64,000 bases of DNA, from positions 20,658,464 through 20,722,463 of the forward strand of contig NC_043011.1 of assembly GCF_006345805.1 (NCBI RefSeq), read 5' to 3'. The stretch's first letter is position 1. Each line of letters opens with the position of its first letter. This stretch comes from Octopus sinensis (taxonomy: Eukaryota). Below are positions 1 through 10,260 of the stretch, one piece after another. The notes below the pieces were generated by a model. That model worked only from the letters and a program-made list of their open reading frames with translations, was not told the DNA's origin and did no database searches. Both the position numbers and the translations under genes were made by a program.

Positions 1-166
1 TGTGTATTCTCAACCACATGGTCTTGAGTTCAATTCTACTCCATGGCACCATGAGTAAATATCTTCGACTATAGCTCTGGGCCAACCTTATGGTTAGATT
101 TGATAGACAGTTACCAAAGATTTGGGCCAGGGCTATGGTAGAAACTGAAAAAAAAACCCTTGTTCA

Positions 167-342
167 GGCGCAGGAGTGGCTGTGTGGTAAGTAGCTTGTT
201 TACCAACCACATGGTTCCGGGTTCAGTCCCACTGCGTGGCACCTTGGGCAAGTGTCTTCTACTATAGCCTCGGGCCGACCAAAGCCTTGTGAGTGGATTT
301 GGTAGACGGAAACTGAAAGAAGCCTGTCGCGTATATGTATAC

Positions 343-380
<38 letters not shown>

Positions 381-592
381 TTCTGTGTCTGTGTTTGTCC
401 CCTTAGCATTGCTTGACAACCGATGGTGGTGTGTTCATGTCCCCGTAATTTAGCGGTTCGACAAAAGAGACCGATAGAATAAGTACTGGGCTTACAAAGA
501 ATAAGTCCCGGGGTCGAGTTGCTCGATTAAAAGGCGGTGCTCCAGCATGGCCGCAGTTAAATGACTGAAACAAGTAAAAGAGAGTAAAAGAA
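167..592 (+). mobile_element. tRNA-derived CORE-type SINE (family A), full length
   Basis: Head ggcgcaggagtggctgtgtggtaag with B-box ggttcagtccc, CORE-like ccttgggcaagtgtctt, internal (TA)/(TG) microsatellite, tail ...gaaacaagtaaaagag(taaaag). Many near-identical copies in the window. Confidence 0.85.
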
Positions 593-619
593 AAATGTGT
601 GTGTGTGTGTGTGGATTAC

Positions 620-2460
620 TGTATGGGGTGGATGGAACTCCTTAGCCACAGTGAAGGCAACACATCTGAGAGAAAGAAAACTCTGATATAAAACAAGGTA
701 TGTGGTTGTTGATGGTCCTCTTAGTTGGTGTGCGCTATCAGCATCAACTTATGGGGCAGTCGGGGCTCTGTTGCTTTTGAGCAACTAGGCTAGGAGAAGG
801 CTGTTCTGATCTCAAATCTGCAACCAATTTAGCATTTGACGCATGGCACACTATGCACCAGTACAAGTAAATATTTTTTTGGTGGAGAGAGTGTGAATTG
901 TGCTGCACAAGCAATGACCACTATAAAAAAGAAACCATTTGCAGGTAGTTCAGTAAAATACCATCAGCAAATACCACCAACATGTTTTGTGCCCCCAAAA
1001 ATGCCTATGATGATGAAGGGATAGTGACGAGAATAGGTGAAGGGTGTCACTGGAAGTTCTTGGCTTGAACTTCACACACAGGTGGTGAAAGGTAAATGAC
1101 CACTTTGTACAACATCTGCAAGTAACTGTGTAATTCATGACCTCCTTTCACAACAAAACAGCCCTTTTTTAGGATGGTACTGGTTTCTTCCTATGGAGGA
1201 GGGGTAAAGAAAATGCTACTTAAAAATTGCCTATTCATATCATTCCTTGTCATTAGGTGCAAATGACTGGCCATACAAAACTCCACCAAAACATTAAGTG
1301 AATCTAAAACAAAAAGCCTTTTCGTTGCATCTTGGAATGTAAGAACTCTTCAGGACAGGTAGGAAAATGCAGAATGTAGGACTGCTTTGGTTGCCAGTGT
1401 CTTGAAGGGAAAAATATTGGAGTAGCAGCTCTTTTGGAAACTAGAGTAACTAACTGTGGATACACATTTTTCTGGATGGCTAAACCTCAGGAAGTAAAGA
1501 AAAAGGCAGGTGTTGGATTTACTATTCAGAATGACTTGGTGAAACTTCTCAAATCTCTGCCTGCTATACTTGTACTTGTACTTGTGGTGACATTCACCCT
1601 GGGCGGGTTGAGTCGGCTTCTTCTACCATGAAAGAAGTTTTGTGGGAATATGTGGATTTCACAAGCAGTCCCCAACAATCCCACATGTAGAGACATTCTG
1701 TTTGTCGCAGATTGTCCGCAGACGCAGGGACAGAATGACCGAGGAGCCACCAGTTACCGAAACAAACATTCCGAGGATTTTCCCCAGAGCCCCGTCTGCC
1801 AGGTTGTGGCCCTAATACCACTCAGTGTCAGACCAATCTGCCTTGGGTGGCCCTACCAGGAACCGAAGTTTCCGACAACATAGCTCTGACACTACTCGTT
1901 GCCAACGCCCCCACCACAGTGAGGAGGGGATAGATTTTGGGGATGCTCTGCTTGTTGGCATTAATGAAAGATCTATGTCATTGCATATCTGCATTGGCAA
2001 AAATAAATATGCAAATATTTTCAGCTGCTACACTCTGACCATTAACTGAAACAAAGAAGTCAAAGAGCAATTCTATTCTGAACTATGTAGCCAGTTGAGA
2101 GGTGTCTCCAACTATGATAAACTTGATGATTTCAATGCATGCTTAGATTGTCAGACAACCATATGGATGGATGTAACAGGGATGCATGTGGTTAGCAAGG
2201 CAAACTCAAATGGCCATCTGTTGCTATTGCTTTGCAGTGAGTATGGACTGTTGATTACCAATACTATTTTCCAGCTCCCCAACCACCACAAAACTACCTA
2301 GAAGTATCCCCGATCCAACCAATGTCACCTCATTGATTACATAATCGTGAGGTCTTCCATGAGGAATGATGTCCAAGTAACACATTCTTTCTCCATTGGG
2401 GAGTGTTGATCTGACTATAGACTGATATGATCAAAGGTGAATTTTACTATCCACAATCCT
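620..2460 (+). pseudogene. decayed 5' part of an RTE-clade LINE (5' UTR plus APE endonuclease), interrupted at 1566-1945
   Basis: ASWNVRTL-like codons at ~1328, then GYTFFW, GVGF, GINER, DFNA, NSNGHLLL and LLITNT.FQLP, with stops and frameshifts. Upstream RTE-type motif ggcaac...tctgagagaaagaaaactctga. Confidence 0.75.
1566..1945. mobile_element. unidentified GC-rich retroposon-like insertion inside the RTE endonuclease
   Basis: Splits the SLP/GINER codons. Flanked by an imperfect direct repeat ctctgcctgct / ctctgcttgtt, with (TACTTG)n at its left end. Confidence 0.55.
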
Positions 2461-2930
2461 GCACCAGTTTCACATAGCCCCAACCCATCCAAAGTACCTT
2501 GGATTGCAGAACAACCTGCTGTGCTTACCTTGGATCATAGAGTGACCTGCTGTGCTTGAGGAGACCTATTGAGTCAAGTCCATCAATATCAAAATCAAAA
2601 TCAAATGGAAATTGTAGTTACGATACCTGTGCCGGTGGCACATAAAAAGCACCATCCGAACGTGGCCGATGCCAGTGCTGCCTTGACTGACTTCTGTGCC
2701 GGTGGCACATGACCGGCTGTGCTTGAGGAGACCTATTGAGTCAAGTACATCAACATCAAAATAAATATCAAATGGAAATAGTAGTTGTGATACCTGTGCC
2801 GGTGGCACATAAAAAGCACCATCTGAACATGGCCGATGCCAGTGCTGCCTTGACTGGCTTCTGTGCTGGTGGCACGTAAAAAGCACCAACCGATTGTGGC
2901 CACTTCCAGCCTCCCCTGGCACCTGCATCA
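2455..2930 (+). mobile_element. RTE 3' UTR fragment (type A) with ~165-bp internal tandem duplication
   Basis: Same sequence as the 3' UTR at 27115-27400. The block gctgtgcttgaggagacctattgagtcaag...gtgccggtggcac occurs twice. Confidence 0.75.
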
Positions 2931-3503
2931 AGTGCCTGGAGGAGGTAGTGCTGCCCTGGGCCAAGAAGGTAGCTGCTGGAAGACCCTATGTCTGGCAACA
3001 GGACTCTGCACCATGCCACACAAGCAGGAGAACCTAGTCATAGCTGTCAGACAATTTCTGCAACATCACCCCTAACATCTGGTCACCTAACTCCCTAAAC
3101 TGCAACCCGCTTCATTATTATGCGTGGGTGCAATTGAGCAAGAGACCAGTAAAATTCCTTGTAGCACTAAAGATGAACTGAAGGCAAGGATTATGGCAGC
3201 ATTCACCAACACATATATATATATATATGAGATTTTTAAATAAATATGGTAGCTCAAACAAAATGTGAACAATTTAAAGCATTGGAAACAGCTAGTATAA
3301 AGAATTCTGAGGCGATAAAACATTTGAGAAAGGCTTAAGAGCTATGGTGAAAGCAAAGGATGGCCATTTTGAAATGTAGATATATGAAAAAAAATATTCT
3401 CAATAAATATGACAACTGACCTGTAAATTTTTATTAACTAAAACCTAAAATCTTTTATTTTCTAATAAAATGATTAATGGGCAAATAAATATGCCATACC
3501 CAG
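2931..3503 (+). pseudogene. maT/DD37D-type Tc1-mariner transposase 3' fragment
   Basis: Codons for WQQDSAPCHTS...NIW.PNS..CNP..YY.W, homologous to 32658-33360. Degenerate TIR plus TA at the right end. Confidence 0.7.
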
Positions 3504-4385
3504 TAATGTATGGTCATTGCAATGGTATGAAACTGTTTACTAAGTCACCATCTCTGTATAGACCAATGTTGTAAGTTAGAAAGTCTGTATTTCTTATACA
3601 GATCTTGTACAGATCAGATTAAATCACATCAGTGCACTCATATGATCTTATTGAGATGCTAAATAGGTAATCAGCTTTATATTTTTCAGCCCGTGTTACC
3701 CCAGAGTTGCAAAGCAGGGTTTTGTGAGTATGCATAAGCTCAATTCCTGATGATGAATTTACAAGAGAAATGTAAAGCCTCACTTCACAGGGATCTTGAT
3801 ATGGAGGAGCAAAAATTCATAATACCAAATTAGGATGAAGTTGGTGTTAGATTTATACGTAACATTTAAAAATTGTTAAAAAGAGCCCCCAAAATGTACC
3901 GAAATAGGTTTAATTGATCATATCTATCTTCTACAGAATCTTGTATTTTTCACTTGTTTCAGTCATTGAATCATGGCCATGCTGGAGCATCACTTGAAAC
4001 ATTTTAGCTGAACAGATCAACCCCAGTACTAATTTATTTTTAAAGTCTGCTACTTATTTTATCAGTCTCATTTGCCAAACCACTAAGTTATAGTGATGTT
4101 TCTGTCAACCATATTCACTCACAAGCAAATTATTTTTGGCTCGGGATATAGTAGAATAACACTTGCCCACAGTACCATGCAGTAGAACTGAACCCAAAAC
4201 CACAGAGTTACAAAGCAAGCTTCTTATCCATACAGCCATGCCTATATCTATATGGGCAGTTGATCGATAACAGTTGACCAAGAAAAATCATGATCATAGT
4301 AAAAGTTGCTCAAATCAATAAATTAATTCAATTTTAGCAAATATTAGAATAATTTCTTTGTAATATTTAGTAATTTTTTTTTTAA

Positions 4386-4790
4386 GGCGGCGAGCTGGCA
4401 GAAACGTTAGCACGCCGGGTGAAATGCTTTGAGGTATTTCGTCCGCTGCTGCGTTCTGAGTTCAAATTCCGCTGAGGTCAACTTTGCCTTTCATCCTTTC
4501 GGGATCGATTAAATAAGTACCAGTTACGCACTGGGGTCGATATAATCGACTTAATCCGTTTGTCTGTCCGTGTTTGTCCTCTCTGTGTTTAGCCCCTTGT
4601 GGGTAGTAAAGAAATAGGTACGTTACGTTCTGAATTCGAATTCCACTGAGGTCGACTTTGCCTTTCATCCTTTCAGGGTCGATAAATTAAGTACCAGTTA
4701 CACACTGGGGTCGATGTAATCGACTTAACCCGTTTGTCTGTCCTTGTTTGTCCCCTCTGTGTTTAGCCCCTTGTGGGTAGTAAAGAAATA
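4386..4790 (+). mobile_element. tRNA-derived SINE family B, dimer (full unit plus head-truncated unit)
   Basis: Head ggcggcgagctggcagaaacgttagc, B-box gagttcaaattcc, central tttgcctttcatcctttcggggtcgat, tail gtgggtagtaaagaaata. Second unit starts at ~4617. Confidence 0.85.
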
Positions 4791-4931
4791 TATATCTATA
4801 TGGGCAGTTGATCGATAACAGTTGACCAAGAAAAATCATGATCAGAGTAAAAGTTGCTCAAATCAATAAATTAATTAAATTTATCAAATATTAGAATAAT
4901 TTCTTTGTAATATTTAGTAATTTTTTTTTCA

Positions 4932-5140
4932 GGTGGTGAGCTGGCAGAATCGTTAGCATACCAGGCGAAATGCTTAGCAGTATTTTGTACATCTTCAGAT
5001 TCTGAGTTCAAATCCCACAGAGGTAGGCTTTGCCTTTCATGGTCAATAAAATAAGTACTAGTTGAATACTGGGATCAATGTAATCGACTAAACCCCTTTC
5101 CCGAAATTCCTGGCCTTGTGCCAAAATTTAAAATCAATAT
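4932..5140 (+). mobile_element. older SINE family B copy
   Basis: Diverged head ggtggtgagctggcag and older-subfamily tail ccttgtgccaaaattt. Confidence 0.75.
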
Positions 5141-5304
5141 TTAATATTTTTTTTAATTATTATCACATTCTGTTGAAATATTTTTTTATTATAAAAGAGT
5201 TAAAAAAACAATTAACCGAAGCTCTAAAACAAAATATATCAGGATTCTGCAAAGGTCTTTAAAAGTTCACTGAATCGTTTCATGAAGACAATAAATATGT
5301 TGGC

Positions 5305-5655
5305 TAGGCATGACTGTGTGGTAAGAAGCTTGCTTCCCAACCACATCGTTCCAGTTTCAGTCCCACTGCATGGCACCTTGGGAAAATATCTTCTACTATA
5401 GCCACAGGATAACCAAAGTCTTGTAAGTGGATTTGGTAGATGGAAACTGAAAGAAGCCTGTCAAATGTGTGTGTGTGTGTACCTGTGTTTGTCCCTCCAC
5501 CATTGCTTGACAACTGATGTTGATGTGTTTGCGTCACCATAACTTAGCAGTTCAGCAAAAGAGACCAACAGAACAAGTACTAGTCGTACACTGAATAAGT
5601 AGTAAAGGCAGTGCTCCAGCATGGCCACTGTCAAGTGACTGAAGCATGTAAAACA
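5305..5655 (+). mobile_element. SINE family A, diverged
   Basis: Collinear with 167-592. Confidence 0.75.
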
Positions 5656-5858
5656 ATAAAAGAAATGCACATAATGCAAGGTTATAAGACTGAAAAAAAA
5701 AAACTTATTGCTATTTTTAAATATCGATTCAATTTCAAAAGAACTAGTTATAATAAAGGTCAGAATAAGGCATTAACACACACTACACTGGTTCTGAGAC
5801 TGTCAACTTAAACATCACACATTATTATTAGTAGTAGTAGTAGTAGTAGTAGTAGTAA

Positions 5859-6612
5859 AGCGGTGAGCTAGCAGTGTCGTCGGCACACTGGGCAAAATGC
5901 TTAGCGGTATTTCATCTGCTGCTACGTTTACATTCTGAGTTCGAATTCCACTGAGGTCGACTTTACCTTTCATGCTTTCGGGGTCAATTAAATAAGTACC
6001 AGTTACGCACTGGGGTCGATATAATCGACTTAATTCGTTTGTCTGTCCTTGTTTGTCCTCTCTGTGTTTAGCCCCTTGTGGGTAGTAAAGAAATAGCTAT
6101 TTCGTCTGCTGCTACGTTACGTTCTGAGTTCAAATTCCACTGAGGTTGACTTTGCCTTTCATCCTTTCGGGATCGATTAAATAAGTACCAGTTACGCACT
6201 GGGATCGATATAATCGACTTAATCCGTTTGTCTGTCCGTGTTTGTCCTCTCTGTGTTTAGCCCCTTGTGGGTAGTAAAGAAATAGGTATGTTACGTTCTG
6301 AATTCGAATTCCACTGAGGTCGACTTTGCCTTTCATCCTTTCGGGATCGATTAAATAAGTACCAGTTACGCACTGGGGTCGATATAATCGACTTAATCCG
6401 TTTGTCTGTCCGTGTTTGTCCTCTCTGTGTTTAGCCCCTTGTGGGTAGTAAAGAAATAGGTACGTTACGTTCTGAATTCGAATTCCACTGAGGTCGACTT
6501 TGCCTTTCATCCTTTCGGGGTCGATTAAATTAAGTACCAGTTATGCACTGGCATCAATGTAATCGACTTAATCCCCTCCCCCAAGCTGCCCTTGTGGCAA
6601 AAATTTGAAATC
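5859..6612 (+). repeat. tandem array of four SINE family B units (period ~177 bp)
   Basis: The minus-strand ORF 6130-6510 repeats every 59 aa. Junctions aaagaaatag|(g/c)ta at ~6095, 6286 and 6460. Confidence 0.88.
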
Positions 6613-6748
6613 AGTAGTAGTAGTAAGGCAGTGAGCTGGCAAAATTACTAGCATGCCAGGCAAAATGCTCAGTGGTATTTCATCCATCTTCACATCCTGA
6701 GTTTCCCAACAACAGAGTTTTATTTCGTGATTTTTTTTTCTTTTCCAG

Positions 6749-6864
6749 GTTATTTCACATACTTTCAATGAATGTGACATTGACATCACAAGTAAATGGC
6801 CCCTTTTCCCAGAAAAGGAAAGATCTGGCTGCTATTTCTTGCACGCCTTGCAACCATATAACAG
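6749..6864 (+). other. putative internal exon of an unidentified plus-strand gene
   Basis: Strong acceptor tttttttttcttttccag|G and donor CAG|gtattt in non-repeat sequence. Two frames are open (VISHTFNEC...LQPYNR or LFHILSMNV...TPCNHIT). No homolog recognised. Confidence 0.35.
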
Positions 6865-7484
6865 GTATTTGGGGTCCTTTATTGCAAATAGTAATTATGT
6901 GGTAGTATGATGTGCTAGAAATAGCAGCCAAAGCTTTAGAAGTGAGATAAGTTGAATGCACTCGAAAAATACCTATCGAAAAAAATTATTTCACACTAAG
7001 TTTACAAACGGGTCTTTTGTAAGAAATTTGTAACGTTATTCACTTGAAAATAATTTTAAAAACATTAGAATATTATCTGTTTAAAGAAAGCTAAAATATA
7101 AACACTTATTTTATAAACAACTTACATTTTTGAAATCACATTCACTTAAAAATATTTCTAAATGATTATTTACTGTAAAAAAACAAATTGTATTTTTTCA
7201 TTGTCAAGCTAGTCTAATCAAAAGTTAAGAGTTACTTCCCTTCAGGATTAAGATAATTTCAGAACTTTTCCCATTATGCCCCGTTTTGGATATCTATACC
7301 CTGAAAACCCTTAATATCTTCACAACCACTTATCCAATTTACACAAAATTTGTTTCATTTCATTCATATTTACATTTCTGTAGGGACTTAAGTCATAGTA
7401 TTTTCCCATTATGCACCAGTTTGGCTGGGTAACATTGCAAGCAAGCAAGCAAGATTCAATCTGACTTTTAATGTATAATAGATA

Positions 7485-7888
7485 TCTTTATATATAAAAC
7501 TGAAGTTGTGTGGTGTCTGTCTCCTACGATTCAGATTCCTAACTACTCCCACATTTTGCAGTGCAGCTTAACCAAAAGTGGATATCTTATAGTCGTGATT
7601 CATATCGAGCCATTCTGGGTATTAGCGCGCGTCTACGATGAGTCTACGATTTTAAAAAAAATTTACCATCATTTTTTTCCATTTTTAATGCATCTTTTTT
7701 GCTATTATATAAGGGAAGTAACTCTCTAAAAATGTCTACGATGAGTTTACGATTTTTAAAAAAATTTACCATCATTTTTTTTCCATTTTTAATGCATTTT
7801 TGCTATTATATAAGGCAAGTAACTCTCTAAAAATGCTTATATAGTTATTTCCCTTACAAACCCGAGCAACGCCGGGCGATACTGCTAG
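7485..7888 (+). mobile_element. non-autonomous Helitron
   Basis: A|TC 5' end (tctttatatataaaac), subterminal hairpin cccgagcaacgccggg, 3' CTAG|T, no TSD, ~102-bp internal direct repeat. Sister copy at 54814-55208. Confidence 0.85.
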
Positions 7889-7944
7889 TTTAATATAAGA
7901 CAAGAAATTACAAATAAGAAAAAAGAAGAGACAAATGAATAAAT

Positions 7945-8205
7945 GATTATCTTATGAATTTCATTTGCTTGCAGCTGTTTCTGCTATAAGATATGGTGGA
8001 CTCAAAGTTGAGGGCCTGAGTAACAGATATTAGCTTCATCAGAGCCTCAAACATGAAGTGCTGTAAGCTAATGACGTTCATAAGATAATCGTTTATTCCT
8101 ATGTCATCTTTTTTTCCTCATTACTGCTCTGTTCTTGACTAATATTTTGTCCTGAAACATATGTGTATTGAGTTCTACACCACATTATTATTATCGCAAT
8201 GCCTA
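7945..8205. mobile_element. Penelope-like pseudo-LTR remnant with inverted ends and a hammerhead core on the minus strand
   Basis: Inverted gattatcttatgaa (7945) / ttcataagataatc (8090). The minus strand reads ggct CTGATGA a gcta...tagc a GAAA cagctg ca agc. Homologous to 53251-53590. Confidence 0.65.
7966..8046 (-). ncRNA. minimal type-I hammerhead ribozyme motif (probably inactivated, U16.1>C)
   Basis: Exact CUGAUGA and GAAA core, stem I ggct/agc, stem II gcta/tagc, loopless palindromic stem III aCAGCUG. The cleavage triplet is GCA here but GUA in the sister copy at 53444-53446. Confidence 0.55.
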
Positions 8206-8240
8206 AGCAATATATATATATTTTTTTTTTTGTGTCCTTT

Positions 8241-8476
8241 TTGAAGCTTAGCCAGGCTCATGGGCCCAGTTTCCTGGTTTCAATGGCATATGTGTTCCCC
8301 AGCTGGACAGGATACCAGTCTATCGCAGCGTTACTCATTTTTGCCAGCTGAGCAGACTGGAGCAATATGAAATGAAGTGTTTTTCTCAAGAACACAACGC
8401 AACACCCAGTCCAGGAATCGAAACCACAATCTTACGGTCATGATGCTGACACCCTAACCACTAAGCCACGTGCCTC
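8241..8476 (-). mobile_element. tRNA-derived SINE family E (CORE-like plus V-domain-like modules)
   Basis: Minus strand: tggcttagtggttagggtg head, tgtgttcttgagaaaaacacttc, ctgcgatagactgg.atcctgtccag. Second copy at 60215-60390. Confidence 0.7.
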
Positions 8477-8699
8477 AGAGAGAGAGAGAGAGAGAGATCA
8501 CAGTATGATTTTCTGTTAACAAAATTACAGATTCTGTCTATTAAATTTAATGTCTTGTATCATGGATGAGCATTAATATGTCTGTATAAGGTTTAGTAAA
8601 CTTAAGCTTCTCTCTCTCCTATGGCCACATACATATTTAAGTATTATCATGGAATTCTGCAAGTTATTATTGTTTATGGTTCTAACCTCTTCTATTGGA

Positions 8700-10260
8700 A
8701 GCTTTACATTTCTAAGAAATAATTCTAATTCAATCAATATATTACCTTCACATTTTACAATAGGTGAAGAATCTTTCGTTGCTGATCATCAAGTCATCAA
8801 CAACTGCAATATGGGTTCTTAGGCAAGTGTTTTTTCATGTTGAGGAACAAATGATAGTCAGATGGGGCTAAATGAGGAGAATAGGGAGGGTGATCAACCA
8901 TTTTAAAGCCACAGTTACGCACAGCAGCCATTAAAACCAAAGGCTTGTATACTGGAACATTGTCCTGATGAAATAACACCCCTTTTGTCAGTTTTCTTGG
9001 GCGTTTTGTTTTCATAGACTTTTGTAACTGTCTCAGCAAGTTGTATACTATTTTCCATTGATGGTGTGGCCCTTTTCAAGATAGTCAATAAACACACTAC
9101 CTATTGCATCCCAAAAACTGAAGCCATCACCTTCCTTACAGATGAAATGACTTTGGCCTTCTTTGGGGCAGTTGAGGAGTGGGTGCTTCCACTGCATGGA
9201 TTGTCTCTTTGTCTCTGCTTGAAAGTAATGAACCCAACACTCAGCTTTGGTGAGGAAACATGCAAAGAAACCAGCTGGATCTGGCTCAAACAATATCAGA
9301 TTTCCTTGTGATGTGATTAGCCTGGTTCTGATCAGGTGTCAGAAGGTGTAGAACTCACCAAACAGAAACCTTCACCATACCAAGTCCATTGTGCTGAATA
9401 TTCTTAACTCTCTCACTGGATATGCTAACAGCATTGGCTATTTGATTTACAGTCAATTGCCTGTCATCTATCACCATGGGGCGAACATGATCAATGTTTT
9501 CCTCAGCGGTAACAGTTGTAGGATAACGGTGGCGAGCTGGCAGAAACGTTAGCACACCGGGCGATATGCGTAGCCGTATTTCATCTGCCGTTAAGTTATG
9601 AGTTCAGATTCCGCTGAGGTCGACTTTGCCTTTCATCCTTTCAGGGTCGATAAATTAAGTACCAGTTACACACTGGGGTCGATGTAATCGACTTAATACC
9701 TATGTCTGTCCTTGTTTGCCCCCTCTATGTTTAGCCCCTTGTGGGTAATAAAGAAATAGGTAACAGTTGCGGGTTATCCAGACCTTGGGTCAGCTTCAAG
9801 AGTCTTCCTTCCCCTCCTTAATTCAGCTGCTCACTTTTGCACAGTTGATTGATAAAACTGGAGCATCATCCCATCCCCTAATGAAGCGACCATGTCAACA
9901 TGAATGTCCTTGGGAACTAAACCCTTTTCCTGCAGGTACTTGATAACATCATGATGCCAAATCTTGCCCATTTTCAAGAGAAGTGGCTACTAGTTACTTT
10001 TGAAATCTTCCTTGAACAATCAGATGTCAGTTTACCGGGAAAGAAACAATGAAATTATTAACAAGAACTGTTGAAATTAATGCATGCAAGATTTCACAGC
10101 TCTCGTTTCACTCCTTCATAGACAGCCCATCCACAATTCCATGTCAAATAGCAGATGACGACCGAAATATGATTCAAGGGAAGTGACTCTTCCTCATCAA
10201 GCGAGAGCTACGTACCTTTAACATTGAGATAAAGCTGATGCTAATATGAAACTGAGTGGT
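8700..10260 (-). pseudogene. decayed mariner (DD34D) transposon
   Basis: Fragments MGKIWHHDVIKYLQEKG, SG*PATVTAEENI, RKVMASVFG, GVLFHQDN, HPPYSPHLAPSDYHLF. Ends are approximate. Confidence 0.85.
9519..9758 (+). mobile_element. SINE family B nested in the mariner
   Basis: 11-bp TSD ggtaacagttg at 9508-9518 and 9759-9769. Removing the insert restores the transposase frame. Confidence 0.9.

Noticed and set aside
3747-3775. CTGATGA...GAAA hammerhead candidate
   Set aside because: There is no stem II pairing between the boxes and no compatible stems I or III.
6130-6510. 126-aa ORF with a 59-aa internal repeat
   Set aside because: It is the antisense reading of the tandem SINE B units.
5859-6612. 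Possible retrozyme (hammerhead in the 177-bp tandem unit)
   Set aside because: I found no CUGANGA core on either strand of the unit.
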